Of a stretch of DNA of 64,000 bases, positions 37,568 to 53,297 are shown one piece after another; within the stretch, counting starts at the first letter, position 1, and each line of letters starts with the position of its first letter. Position numbers and translations under genes: made by a program. Source of the DNA: Eledone cirrhosa. Taxonomy: Eukaryota. Location of the stretch: NCBI GenBank assembly GCA_964016885.1, contig OZ024741.1, positions 344,100,001 to 344,164,000 on the forward strand, read 5' to 3'. The notes under the pieces are model-generated. The model was not told the origin of the DNA. It ran no database searches and saw nothing but the letters and a program-made list of their open reading frames with translations.

Positions 37568-38068
37568 TGTATGCATGTATGTATGTAAGTATGTATGTAT
37601 GTATCACCAGCTTTGGGAATTACATCAATGTTTGATAACAACGTCATCACAATCCTCATCAACACCATCATCATCATCATCACCATTATCATCATCACCA
37701 TCATCATCATACCAGCCGTTATCTTCAACACCATCAGCTAGACACATAAAACCAATTGTGTATGTATATGTAGGTACGTGTAGGTATCTGTACATGACTA
37801 CTATGAGAAAGAGTACGGGGCTAAAGAACACATGTGTGTGTGTGTGAGTGTGTGTGTATCAGTGTGTGTGTGTGTGTGTGTAGGCATATGTTTGTATATG
37901 TGTGGGTATGCGAGGATAAATGTATATATTCACACATACTCGGCATTAGGGAACACATTTCAGAATATATACATATAAAATATCTATGTATGTTATATAG
38001 TGTTGGTGTATATACTTGTATATAATATATACGTACTGATAAAGATAAGAGGTTATTATACGTTTAGA

Positions 38069-39652
<1,584 letters not shown>

Positions 39653-39833
39653 AGGCAGCAGGAGATCTACAGGCGTTCTACAGTCTGGCAGGTTGAGAGC
39701 AGATCGATAAGAACCAATACATAACATGTAGTAGAATGTATGGAAGACAGGAAGAGTGTAACGTGAGGACGTTGAAAATATTTATCGATCGTATTCTCGC
39801 GTCTGGTTTTCTCTGGTCTTAGTAATTGTGGAC

Positions 39834-40879
39834 CGGTGGTGGTGGTGGTGGTGGTGGTGGTGCTGCTGGTGGTGATGGTGGTGGTGGTTGTGGTGATGGT
39901 GGTGTTGGTGGTGGTGGTGGTGCTGATGGTGGTGTTGGTGGTGGTAGTGGTGGTGCTGATGGTGGTGGTGGTTCTGGTGATAGTGGTGTTGGTGGTGGTG
40001 GTGGCGGTGGTGATGGTAGTGGTGGTGGTGCTGATGGTGGTGGTGGTGGTGGTTGTGGTGATGGTGGTGTTGGTGGTGGTGGTTGTGGTGATGGTGGTGT
40101 TGGTGGTGGTGGTGCTGATGGTGGTTGTGGTTCTGGTGATAGTGATGTTGGTGGTGTTGGTGGCGGTGGTGATGGTAGTGGTGGTGGTGCTGATGGTGGT
40201 GGTGGTGGTGGTGGTGTTGATGGTGGTGGTGGTGGTGTTGGTGGTGTTGGGGGGGGGGGGAATGGCGGTGGTGGCGGTGGTGTTGGTGGTGGTGGTGGTG
40301 GCGGTAGTGGTGGTGGTGGTGGTGATGGTGTGGTAGTGTGGTTGGTGGTGGTGGTGGAGGTGGGATTAGTGGTGGTGTTGGAGGTGGTACTCGTGGTGTT
40401 GATGGTGCTTCGGGTATCGGTGGTGGCAGTGGTGCTAGTGGTGCTATTGGTGTTGATTGGGGGGGAGGTGATAGTGGTGGCGTTGGTGGTGGCGTTGATG
40501 GGGGTAATGGTGGTGGTGTTGGTTGTGCTGGTGGTGTTGGTGGCGTCGGTGGTGCTGGTGGTGTTGTTGGTGTTAGTGGTGATGCTGGTGCTGGTGGTGT
40601 TTGTTGTGTTTGTAGTAGTGGTGGTAGTGCTGCTCCTGCTGGGGGTGGTGGTAGTGGTGGTGGTGGTGTTGGTAGTGGTGGTGGTGCTAGTGGTGGTGGT
40701 GGTGGGTGTTGATGGTTCTTGTGTTGCCGTGATGTTGGTGGTATTGGTAGCGCCGGTGGTACAGATGGTATTGCTGGTGGTGGTGGTGGTGGTGTTGGTA
40801 GTGATGATTGTGCTGGTGGTCTTGGTGCTTCTGGTGATGGTGGTGGTGGTGGTTGTGGTGGTGGTCGTGATGGTGATGG
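39834..40879. repeat. Degenerate (GGT)n trinucleotide tract of ~1 kb
   Basis: GGT/GAT/GTT/GCT units with internal higher-order duplications and phase shifts. Confidence 0.92.
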
Positions 40880-40933
40880 AGATTTCTCTGTTTTGTGTCT
40901 ATATATCTACTCTGTATGTATGTCTCATGTGTG

Positions 40934-41026
<93 letters not shown>

Positions 41027-41376
41027 ATGTATTTATGTGTGAGCACACGTGTCTGTGTGGATGGTTAGTTAGTGACTATAGGTATTTGAACATTGCGAGC
41101 TTGACGCGGTGTTGGTGGTGGTTGTGGGGTATAGCTTAGTAGTTTAGGTTGGTTTGGTTTGGTTTGGTTTGGTTTGGTTTGGTTTAGTTGGTTGGTCGGT
41201 TAGCTGTCTGGATTATGTGATTGTGGGATACTTGCAGGCACGCATACTAACACACTCAGAAACATGGATAGACAAACACACACACACACACACACACATG
41301 CATACATATAGAGCGATATAGATATATAGATACATATATATGCATATACATACATATAAGCTTACATACGTACGTG

Positions 41377-41407
<31 letters not shown>

Positions 41408-41554
41408 ATATATATATTATTATATATTTACATATATATATATATATACATATATATACATATATATATATACATATATATGCATACATACTTATATATA
41501 TGTATATATATACATATATATGCATACATACCTATATATATATATACATACATG

Positions 41555-41587
<33 letters not shown>

Positions 41588-41598
41588 GTGTATATATG

Positions 41599-41678
<80 letters not shown>

Positions 41679-41710
41679 TGTAAGCATATATAGGTACATA
41701 TATAAAAATG

Positions 41711-41766
<56 letters not shown>

Positions 41767-42094
41767 ATGTATATACATATATATATAGATATATATATAT
41801 TAGTAAAAGAAAAAGAAAATGCTGACAAATTTTACCCAGTGAAAAATAGTTTAATTAGGAATAAGTATAAATTAGTAATAAGTATTCGTTAGTATTCAAT
41901 TTTAGTTTTAAGTTTTTACCGGTTGCGCATTTCTAATACATACTTTTCAAAATTAATTTTGAGATAGAGCGCTCGTGATGTGTGCTCTAATCTGCATATC
42001 TGTATAAGTATGCACATGTATGTCTTCGTATGAATTATATATCTGTGTGTATGCGTATGTTTGAATGTTTATACGCACGTCTGTTTGTATGCGC

Positions 42095-42170
<76 letters not shown>

Positions 42171-42402
42171 CTATATAAATTTATATGTGGACATATATGC
42201 ATATGTATATATATTTACATATATGTGCATATATATATAATAGTCGATCGACTTTCGTCAAATTGGACCGAGGAAATAATATTTCCATTGGTCTTTCCAA
42301 TTGCTAATATATATATATATTGCTAATATATACTTATATATATATATATGTGTTTCTAAATATTTATATATATTTATTTACATATTTATTTACATATTTA
42401 TA

Positions 42403-42449
<47 letters not shown>

Positions 42450-42572
42450 TATATATTGCGTGGCACATCTTCAAGTGTTCAGCAAATTTTAGGCAACTTA
42501 ATTAGTGAAACAATTGTTAGACTGTAAATAAAGCCCTTTTTTTGTCCTATTGACCATGTTATTCTTCACTCT

Positions 42573-42614
<42 letters not shown>

Positions 42615-43125
42615 TATGAAGAGAGAAGAAACATTTAGATATAATTAGTAATAAAATGTATCATACCTAAACTGCTCCTAAATTCCTCGACTACGTAGTT
42701 TCGTGGCATAAACGAAAACAATATATCATAAAGACATAGAGTCCCTGCGAGGTCTGCCGACTTATCAAGAGGATACCTCATTTTACTAGTCTCAAGAACG
42801 CGTCTACACGACGTGAGAAAGAATCCCAAAAGGCGGAGGGGGAGATAGTCACGCGATATAACGGTCGAGAAACAGAGCTAAGCCTCTTATAACCACGAAG
42901 AAAATACCACGGAGGCGGAGGGGGTATTCATATCGAGGCCGCAGAAGAGGTGGTGAAGAAGGCTAGATGTATGAGTAATGGAAGCTTTCCAGTTGTCCCC
43001 ACACTTCAAAGATTGCTCGACCAGAGGGAGTTATTAACAATATATTTAGAAACACACAGATACATGCGGACACACACATATATACATGAATGCATCCGCA
43101 CCCAACTGTGAGTTAAGGGTGCCAA

Positions 43126-43181
<56 letters not shown>

Positions 43182-43637
43182 GTTGGCTGTCTAAGGATGA
43201 TTTGACTCTCTCTACCTTTTATGTATTTGTGTAATCGTATCTTCTATTATATAAATATATATGTGTGTCTGTGTGTCTGTGTGTGTGTGAGCGAACATTA
43301 TAATTCCATTTTATGTGCACCAATGATTGTTGTTGCTGTCATTGTTGTTTAACCCTTGTTTTAACCTGACTGACAAGAAGTGTCATACATTGTTGGGGGA
43401 AGATTGTACGACAACCACGGGGAACTATAACAGAGCAGATTGTGTGGGCAGCCTACAAAAGTGTCAGTAAGGTTCTGCATTCAATACGGCTTCAGCGTGC
43501 AGCACCACGTAGTTTTCCTAATCTCCCATACAAAATCTGCTTGTAGCTTTCTACCCAGATCAACCGAAAACGTTGTTGTTATCAAATTCAATGAGCATGG
43601 TCTGGTAAACTTTATGTGGTTGATTTTATATTATTTT

Positions 43638-43822
43638 GGATTCGCAGTATCGGTAGAGGGTCAGACGCTATTGATTTGCAGCAAAGAGTTACGGCCCTTT
43701 ATGGTCTGAGTTCAAATCCCGCCGAGGTTAACTTTGCCTTTCATCCTTACGGGGTCGATAAAATAAAGCACTAGTAATATACTGGGATAATTGCTGGCCT
43801 TGTGCTTAAAGGAGACACAATT
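43638..43822 (+). mobile_element. tRNA-SINE copy
   Basis: Matches the dominant SINE family. Confidence 0.85.
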
Positions 43823-44342
43823 ATCTTTAAATATTTCCAATATGATTCATCTGTCTCTTTACATGTTTAAAATATCTTCCTTGCTCACATATTTCAGTAC
43901 TAGGCAGAGTTTTGGGGACATAAAATCAAGGAATTGGCCACAGCATTACCAAACCTCTGCACGCCATTGCTGACCAGACAACGATGATAAGCATTATGCC
44001 TAAAAATATACTGTTTGCTACATCTTTAGAAACATTGGACTATATATATAATCGCCCGATGTTTCCCATGTGATCTAATACAGTAAGGTGTAGTCTGGAA
44101 CATATTTCGCTGCCATTTAGTAGATCATGAGACCAAATGGATGCTCATTTATTGGTCCGTGTGAAAGGCTATTGGTGTTGGCTGTGTAGGAGTCTGTTTG
44201 TCATTACGATTCTTTATCTCTACATCAGAAGTAAGGAAACGAAACTGATTAACGTGATGTCACTCTCCCGCTGCTGTCCCCTCTCTCATTCTCCCTCCCT
44301 TTCTCTGCATATATATGTATGCATCTGCATATATATATGTGC

Positions 44343-44423
<81 letters not shown>

Positions 44424-44426
<3 letters not shown>

Positions 44427-45120
44427 CTTTTCTGAATTTGTTTAGCAAGATTCTTTATCTGAAAACGTGTGTTGAAACCGATATTGTCATACTTTGGGAG
44501 GGTCATGTTGCCAATAAGAAACACACGCATCAGTTGCTTTCACTCCAATTTATTATAAATTAAATTTATAAATTTAAGAATTTATAAATTTCCGGTTGGT
44601 TGGTTGGTTCTATAACCAGACGGTTGTTCATATTTTGTCAAACTTCTCTCTTCACACATTCTGTCACCTCTTCAGTGACTGGGGATTCTTTTCTTTGTTT
44701 TGTGCCTCTCCTTTGTTCTGTCCTACTTCATCTTGTTTGTGTGGTTTGTGTGTTTAGTTTGAGCATGTGTTACATCCGGGTGTCTGTGTGTGTTTTTATT
44801 TGTTTCTGTATTACTTTATTTACATGTTACTGGTTGGTTGTTTGTTCTATGTGTGTGTGTGTTTTCATTTTGTCTTTAATTGTAAGTTGTGATGTTGCTA
44901 TTCCATTCATGTTTTCTATTTAATTTTGGTTGGAGTTCAGGATGTGTGACGAAAGAAGTTTGACAATATATGAACAACCGTCCGGTTATGGAACCAACCA
45001 ACCAACCGGAAATTTATAAATTCTTAAATTTATAAATTTAATTTATAATAAATTGGAATGAAAGAAACTGGTGCGTTTGTTTCTTATTGGCAACATGACC
45101 CTCCCAAAGCATAACAATAT
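44424..45120 (-). mobile_element. Penelope-like 3' end plus inverted partial pLTR, same family as 18960-20632
   Basis: 44424-44939 is the reverse complement of about 20176-20632 plus tail. 44940-45120 repeats the pLTR end in the opposite orientation. (AT)n flanks. Confidence 0.9.
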
Positions 45121-45347
45121 ATATATATATATATTTAAATATATATATAAATATATATATATATAAACATATAAATATATATATATATATAAATATATAT
45201 ATAAATATAAATTAATAAAAATAATGAATAAACAAAGAAACAGTTCCATATATTAAAAAATTCATCATTTTACGTTCGTTTCTAGGATATATATGTTAGT
45301 GTTGGTATGCATATCATATAGATCTATGTAAATTTTTTATGTATATG

Positions 45348-45399
<52 letters not shown>

Positions 45400-45459
45400 T
45401 ATATAAATATATATAAATATATATATATAAATATATATATATAAATATATATATAAATA

Positions 45460-45492
<33 letters not shown>

Positions 45493-45526
45493 TTATATAT
45501 ATTTATATGTATATATGTGTATATAC

Positions 45527-45618
<92 letters not shown>

Positions 45619-45621
45619 GTG

Positions 45622-45680
<59 letters not shown>

Positions 45681-45861
45681 GTGTCTATATTCTCCAGCGC
45701 CTACGTTCTGTCTGGCCATGTACACTGAGTTGACTTATATGGAATGCTGTGGGAGGACATGATGTGAATACTACTTTCTTATCTTCTTGAAATAACTGAT
45801 TACGAGAAAGAACAGAAACCTTAGTAAATTCACAGTTGCAACTATCCTGTCTACGGTAGTT

Positions 45862-46621
45862 TGGCATAACGGTGGAACGTCAGACACCATGCTTTGACGC
45901 ATAGAGTTATGGCCCTTTGTGTTCTGAGTTCAAATCAGCGGAGGTTAGCTTTGCCTTTCATCCTTACGGGGTCGATAAAATAAAGTACCAGTGATGCACT
46001 CGGGTAATCGCTGGCCTTGTTCCAAAAGTAGAATCTCTATATTATTCACATACAGAATCAATGAACCTCCATCGGTTTCGACGATGAGTGTTCCGTTTAT
46101 TTGATCAATACATGAAATTAACGTGCAGGGAGCTGAGCATTCGATAGACACGTGGAGCCGTAATATAATTTTCGGAGAGATTCAGTGTTACACACTGTCC
46201 AACTAATCTTTTTTCAGATATTTTAACCGCATATCAGTAGCTGTGATCCCCCGATGTGGAGAGATAGCGGCTCTATCTGGAGTGTGTCCCTGATATCTGA
46301 GCTACGTATCAGATTGAGTAACGTTACAGGAAGCACTAATAGGAAGATAATCGTAAAAGTAATGTTTAAAGCAAAATATGCTGCGTGGTTCAAATGACCA
46401 TAACTCTGTTGAATGAATAAGAAGTATCAGATTCATTGGGATTGGCAGTATCGGTAGAGGGTCGGACGCCATGCTTTGACGCATAGAGTTACGGCCCTTG
46501 CCATTCTGAGTTCAAATCCCGCCAAGGTTAACTTTGCCTTTCATCCTTACGGGGTCGATAAAATAAAGTACCAGTAATACATTGGGTATTTGCTGGCCTT
46601 GTGCCAAAGTAGAAACAATTA
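45862..46621 (+). mobile_element. Two tRNA-SINE copies (45862-46033, 46438-46621)
   Basis: Match the dominant SINE family. Confidence 0.85.
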
Positions 46622-47162
46622 TATATGTAAATCACATACAGATCTTTTCAGTGGCATGAACCTACGTCGGTTTCAATGATGAGTGCTCCAGACGTTCGAT
46701 TAAGGGATCAGCCTTCTTATGTCACACATTTTCTAAAGAGGCTGACCCTTTGAATTACACATATAGTCTATCCAACACGGTCCTAATAATTTTAGGTCTG
46801 CATAATTTTACTCTCGAAGCACGAGTCGACCCGAGGCCAAAGTAAAAGACTCATGCTCAAGAAACAATGCGGTGAGATCGAACTCGGATATAATGATTGC
46901 GAATCTAACCTCTGAACTATTCGGTCACGTTGCGTCAGTATACTCCGATATAATACACAAAAGTCAGTTATATAACATATAATTATCTGGTATGTAAGCC
47001 AGAAGGGAGCAATTCCTGAAAGATTTGGCTACTATTTCGAGAGAATCACGCGACCTTTTCATGCGTATGTGTATGTTTATATATTATGTGTTCATGTGAG
47101 TGTATGATTCTATTCGTGTACGTGATTCTGTGCGTGTGATTCTGTGTGTGAGAACCTGCGTA

Positions 47163-47199
<37 letters not shown>

Positions 47200-47230
47200 T
47201 TCGGCGGGCTGGTAAGCAATAATGTATGCA

Positions 47231-47278
<48 letters not shown>

Positions 47279-47280
<2 letters not shown>

Positions 47281-47465
47281 CGAAGGAGTTGTGGTAAGGA
47301 ACCAGATGGACCATAACGCACCAGAGTACTCAACACTTAGGGTAGTAGAGTGGGTAATACGAGAAAGTAAGACCCGACGGCAGATCTCAAGCCGTTTCGA
47401 CGGCTATTTCAGTCCAGAAATAGCCGTCGAAACGGCTTGAGCTCTGCTGTCGGGTCTTACTTTCT

Positions 47466-47470
<5 letters not shown>
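47279..47470 (-). mobile_element. Short fold-back pLTR end, family of 2535-4235
   Basis: Tail plus ~60-bp arms GAGAAAGTAAGACCCGAC...CGGCTATTTC and their reverse complement. Only the GAAA half of the hammerhead is retained. Confidence 0.85.
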
Positions 47471-47528
<58 letters not shown>

Positions 47529-47579
47529 ATATATATATATATATATATTATTATATATATTATTGAATAAAATTATGAT

Positions 47580-47711
47580 TGCTTTTGAAAACAGCTGGTG
47601 ATATGCATGTAAGTAAATATTCTCTTTATTTGATAGTTTGTAACTAACCTTACATAGATCACTGAGTATAGTTACAATGTATTATCATCATCTAGAAACG
47701 ATCGTAAAGCA
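47580..47711 (+). ncRNA. Type I hammerhead ribozyme, U3:A8 variant with long stem II
   Basis: TGCTT-TTGAAAA-CAGCTGGTGATA...TATCATCATCTA-GAAA-CGATCG-TA-AAGCA. Confidence 0.68.
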
Positions 47712-47911
47712 GTGAAGTATATCTCTAATGACTTGATTTTTTATTTCATTGTTTTAACTTGAATAATATATATATAATATATATATAACCGGATTGGTCT
47801 GTCCGAGTCATTCATTGAGCAACATCGGTGAGGTTGGCACCCTTAACTCACGGTTGGGTGTGGATGCATTCATGTATATGTGTGTGTCCGCATCTATCTG
47901 TGTGTTTCTAA

Positions 47912-47966
<55 letters not shown>

Positions 47967-48111
47967 GTGAGGTTTTTTTTTTTTTTTTTTTTTTACAAAC
48001 TGAAAAATAACCGAGGTGTCCTACACAAATGAAAGTATAAAGAAAAAGAGATGAAATCGAAAATGCAACTGGAGTCTTATTTTTTTTTTAAATATATATA
48101 TTTATTTGGTT

Positions 48112-48149
48112 CCTTTACCGGTTTCGCAGTTCTTCTGCTTTTCAAAAGG
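48112..48149 (-). ncRNA. Minimal hammerhead ribozyme, U3:A8 variant
   Basis: Mirror of 48220-48257. Confidence 0.8.
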
Positions 48150-48219
48150 TGAGTTGAGATGGAGGGTCTGTGGTTTTTCTCACATGTGAGAAAAACCACA
48201 GACCCTCCATCTCAACTCA

Positions 48220-48257
48220 CCTTTTGAAAAGCAGAAGAACTGCGAAACCGGTAAAGG
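48220..48257 (+). ncRNA. Minimal hammerhead ribozyme, U3:A8 variant
   Basis: CCTT-TTGAAAA-GCAG-AAGAA-CTGC-GAAA-CCGG-TA-AAGG. Confidence 0.8.
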
Positions 48258-48329
48258 AACCAAATAAATATATATATTTTAAAAAAAAATAAGACTCCAG
48301 TTGCATTTTCGATTTTATCTCTTTTTCTT

Positions 48330-48360
<31 letters not shown>

Positions 48361-48408
48361 TATTCAAAATATTAATAAATAAATACGTTCATATAATCAA
48401 AATATATG

Positions 48409-48470
48409 TTTTATTATATGTATTTCGGAGGTACTTTGCTGTTTTTTCAGTACGTCCTCGTCAGATAAAA
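48409..48470 (-). ncRNA. Minimal type I hammerhead ribozyme
   Basis: Reverse complement: TTTTAT-CTGACGA-GGACGTACT...AGTACCTCC-GAAA-TACATA-TA-ATAAAA. Confidence 0.78.
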
Positions 48471-48778
48471 TATTTGAATTGATGTATGACATACCTCAAC
48501 TGTCTTGATGGTTCAATTCCAGTATTGGCAGTGATTTATTACAACAAATCTCAATATTTATATACACAAATAATAACATGATAAACTTAAATATGATGAA
48601 GAAGAGGGTGTGGAGCGAGATATAAGTATAAGGAGGGGATGAGTATGAAAAATGTAAGAAGAAATAAAGAGAGAGAAATAGATAGAAGAGAAGAGAGAAG
48701 AAGAGAGAAAAATAAGATGAGATAGAAGAAGGAGAGAGAGAGAGAAGAGGGAAGACGTAACCGCAATATATATATATA

Positions 48779-49090
48779 TATTGTTTTTACTTTTGGAACA
48801 GGCCAGCAATTACTACAGTGTATTACTGGTACTTTATTTTATCGACCCCGTAAGGATGAAAAGCAAAGTTAACCTCGGCGGGATTTGAACTCAGAACGCA
48901 AAGAGACGTAACTCTATGCTGGAGAGCATGGCGTCCGACCCTCTACCGATACTGCCAATGCACCGCCATTATGGTCTGAATTCAAATCCGGCCGAGGTTA
49001 ACTTTGTCCTTCATCCTTACGGGGTCAATAAAATAAAGTACCAGTAATGCACTGGTTTATTGCTGGCCTTGTGCCAAAAGTAGAAATAAT
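48779..49090. mobile_element. Head-to-head tRNA-SINE pair (48779-48967 -, partial 48969-49090 +)
   Basis: Match the dominant SINE family. Confidence 0.85.
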
Positions 49091-49137
49091 TATATATATA
49101 TATACACATGTGTATGTGTGTGTATGTGTGTGTGTGT

Positions 49138-49241
<104 letters not shown>

Positions 49242-49484
49242 TAGATAGATAGATAGAGAGATAGAGAGATTTCTTTATTTACCATAAAGGCATAAAAAGA
49301 AGGGACAAATACAAAGGGGGAGTTTACATACAATCGAGTAAAAAGGGTATAAAATGAAAATAATCGAAAACAACCTCAAAACGGAGGGGACGTGATGGGG
49401 GTTACACACACCCCCGAAAAAGTGGGCAATCCTTTGCCTGGGGAGCACATGGAGAAGGTGCTCCCCTCTCCTTCACTTTTTTAC

Positions 49485-52400
49485 CTACAGGATGGTATAC
49501 AGAGAAGGCCCATTTACACGAGCCATTCTCGCCACTATCACCCACCTTTCATAAAACTGCCTGTGGCCAAGCACCTCTCTCTCCATTCTTATCCTTCTTC
49601 CGAAGTGATATCGGAAGAAGTAGACCAGACTATGGCCAGAGAGGAAGTTGCCTGACCTCAGACCTTTCAATCGTGTCCACCAAACAACCTCTTTCAACAT
49701 GGCTATTACGCACAGAAAAACCGCCTTTGCTTCCTTTGTGAAGAGGGGAGGCGGTTTGATTGTCATCACGGACTCGACGGTCAATTGAATCGGCGCCACC
49801 CGCGACAGCAGTCGTTCGGCGTAGCCCCACAGATCAGTCACGCCCGGACATTGCACCAATGCGTGCGCAACGGTTTCTTCGTGACGCACACATCTAGGGC
49901 AAATCTTTTTCGAGGGATCCCTGCCCTGGCGCCCGTGTCTGTAGAGCCTCTCTCGAACGAGTAGAGCCCCCGGTAGCACTGCCAGGCTAGTGACTTCTGG
50001 AAGTTGTCCATTGGGCCCGGGCCGAAAGTCCTACCGAAAAGGCTGGCCAGTTCGTCCTCTTCCATGTCCAGCGACTCTCCAAGGGTGTCATCGCCCCTGC
50101 TAGCCACCAGCCCTCTATAGAATGATGAGGTTGATTCTCCACCGATGGCCTGGCCTGCTTGCCAGAGAGCCCTGAGCGCCTGAGCACACTCAGTGTGCCA
50201 GTCTCCCAGTTTTCCGGATCTTTGCTTGACCCAGGACTGTAGCTCGGTGAGCGAGACGAGTCTCGGAAAGGCTCGTTTCACGAACGGAGCCCACACCGGT
50301 TGACCAGTGAGGAATACCTGTAGGTGCCGTAGCCTTAATGCGTGCCTACGAATCATCAACCACGGCATCCCCAGCCCTCCTTTCGAAGGTTGTTGGCAGC
50401 AGATGGATCTTCTCACCATAGGAGGGCGCTTCTTCTAAAGAAATTGGAAGAGCATGCGTTCCATGGTGGTGAGTGTTTCCTTAGGGCAAGGCACGACAGT
50501 CAGGCGGTAGTAAATGACGGACGCTATGTAAATGTTCGCCACCTCCGCCCGACCTTTTAGGGACAGCTTACACTTGGCCCATTTCTGGGTTAGTGCAAAC
50601 ACCTTGTTCGTAACCTCGTCCCAGTTCTTTTCCACCTGCAGGTCCGGTCCAAACCAGACCCCAAGCAACTTTACCGGGCCCTCCGTCCACTGTCCGACGA
50701 CACCGTCGGGAGGCATCGGTCTGCCTCTCCACGTTCCGAGTTGCAGCCCGATGGATTTTTCCCGGTTCAGTTTCGCTCCTGACAAGCTTTCGTAATCCTC
50801 CAGTAAGGTACCGATCGCCTCGATCTCCGAGTCGGTTGATACCATTACTGTTACGTCATCGGCGTAGGCCGACACCGCTTTGCTCAATCCTGGTTCCAGG
50901 GGGATACCCTGCAACAACTCTAACTTCCTTAGTAAAGGCTTGAGAGTCAATACGTACAGAAGGGAGGAGAGAGGGCACCCCTGTCGAATGGATCGTGTGA
51001 TTTCGAACGGCTCGAAAGGTAGCCGTTCACGTTGATCCTATAACAGATGTGGTTGCTATGTAAGGCAGTGATCCAGCCTCTGAAAACAGGACCGAACCCA
51101 GCCGCCGCTAGCACCGCATCCAGGTAACCATGGTCGACTCTATCGAAGGCCTTAGACTGATCCAAGATGATCAGGGCTCCACCGAAGCCGGGTTTGTTGC
51201 CAATCCTCTCTATGATGTATCGCATGAGGTGGAGGTTATCGTGAATGGACCTGGATGGGATAGCACATGTCTGCGCATCTCCCACCAGGCTACCCACGAC
51301 AAGCGCCAACCTCTTTGCTAACACCTTGGCCAAAATCTTTAACTCTGTGTTTAGCAGGGTTATGGGCCGAAAATTATTTATACTATCCCCCTTGTTCTCG
51401 TCCTTCCTCACCAGCGAGACTACGCCCTTGGCTACAGAACAAGGAATTCTCCCGTTCTGCTGCCAATTGCAGTAGACCGCTTCGAGGAGTTCGGAGAAGA
51501 AGACCGGCATTGCTAAATAAAGTTCGTAAGGTATACCATCGAGACCTGGAGATTTGCGTCTGCTGCATTGGCTCAACGCATCCCCGATCTCATCAGCCGA
51601 GATTGGTCCTTCGCAGGACTCTGCCTCTTCGCTCGAGAGACGCGGTAGGCCGTCGAGGTATGGACCGAAATCCACGTCCCCGCCCGGACCCTCGCCTCCC
51701 CCGAATAATCGGGCAAAGTGCCTTTGAAAGGCCTCGCAAGTCTGCTTAGGCTCCCGGATAACCCGTCCATCCTCGTCTTGCAACGACCGGATGGTGGATC
51801 GATTTCCACTCTTAGATTCTGTCACGCGGGCCCAGCCAACGGCTTTGGCCCCCTCATTACCTAGAGCACGTATTTTACTTCGAATGACGCAGCCTTCGTG
51901 CTTTGAATCGAAAAACTGGTTTAAGGCCGTCCTCGATGCCAGCACTCTGGCCACATCTTCGCTCTTGATTGCCTCTTCCAATTTACCTGTTAATTCTTTC
52001 TCGTTTCTATTCCTATCGGCAGCTAACATCTTGCTATAACTTATTGATTCTGTTCTAATCTCTCTTTTGAGAGATGCCCACCATCGGTTGTTGACGATTG
52101 CACCCGTCAACCTCTCCTTAACTAATCTGCTAATCCGGTTTCTGTAAGTCTCTTTTGCCGGTAAAGACAAATTAAGTTTCCAGTAACCGGGACCCTGTTT
52201 ATGTGTTTTCTCTAGATTGACTACGCAGGTCACTAATTTGTGATCCGTATAGCCAACCGTGCGCATTTCTGGACAGCTTAATATGTCCCTATCCTTACTT
52301 CTAACTAAGAATCTATCTAAGTACGATCTAGATTGACCACTGTGGTTCGTCCAAGTCCAGGTAGGCACAGTTGGAAAATCTAGTCGATATCTATCGACCA

Positions 52401-52919
52401 AGTTAAAACGGTCGAGTAACCCCTTGAGGCTGTTACACCCCCTTCATTAGGACATTCTCCTGCATAGTCCCAACGTGCATCTAGGATGTCATTCCAATCC
52501 CCCGCTAGAAGCAGGGAACGCGACGTCCCCAGAAAAGTCTCCAAACGCTGGAAGAAGTCGGGCCGTTCAGCTCCGAAAGGGGAGTAGACGGCGACCAGTC
52601 TCAAGGCCGCACCTTCACTACTGCCAACGTCTAGCACCAACAAACGACCCTCCGGGTCCGAGTGAACAACCTGTACGGCAAGACCCAGGTGTTTTTGCAG
52701 CAGTACGACAACCCCACCCCCACCTCCAGGTTGACAGAGAGATGCATGCACCTCAAAGTCATCGAAGGTAGGGGCCAGCTGCTGCACGACGCTGATCCGA
52801 GTCTCACAGATAACCATTACATTTATACCACATGACCTGAGGTCATTTAGAAGCTTTGCTTGCTTCCAAGCTGAGCCCAGGCCACGTGCATTCAAACATC
52901 CTACTCTTAACACATCCAT
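49485..52919 (-). pseudogene. LINE ORF2: APE endonuclease, reverse transcriptase and C-terminal zinc finger; about four frameshifts
   Basis: LRVGCLNARGL, SYLDRFLV, TDHK, KSPGLDG, FRPITLLN, LDQSKAFDRVDH, AYADD, CPRC...ETVAHALVQC. Confidence 0.93.
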
Positions 52920-53297
52920 GTGGGCGGCAGAGCCAAAGGAGAGAGTAGAGACCTACCTTTCTGCTACCCGGGGTTCGGGTCGCACGACTTCCATGGGGTC
53001 GGGGGTGTTGGGTGAAGGGGTGTCTTGTGGTGGTGTGGGGTCGTCAGTGTGTGGTGGGGTTGGGGTGTTTGGAGTTGTGTTGGGGAGGGGAAGGGGAGGG
53101 GGAAAGCTTTTTAGTAGGACGCGGTTTATGGGTTTGACAGAGGGTCGTCCTACGTCCTCCTTAAAATCCTTTTTTAGTTTTTGGTAGAGGTTCATTGGGA
53201 TCTTTATTAATTTTAAATGTGGGTAGTTTTCTGAAGAAACAAGTTTACACCTTCGGTTTGTACCGAAGGAATATTGTTTATGAGTTCATTTAATTTA

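Larger units (their letters stand above)
48036..48333. repeat. 298-bp spacer-less palindrome (fold-back pLTR)
   Basis: Centre CACA|TGTG at 48184/48185. Only two mismatches noticed between the arms. Confidence 0.95.

Noticed and set aside
39826-41139. 437-aa Gly/Val-rich ORF resembling a glycine-rich structural protein
   Set aside because: Degenerate (GGT)n tract with phase shifts, no ATG start or signal peptide, running into (GT)n. A glycine-rich exon cannot be fully excluded without RNA data.
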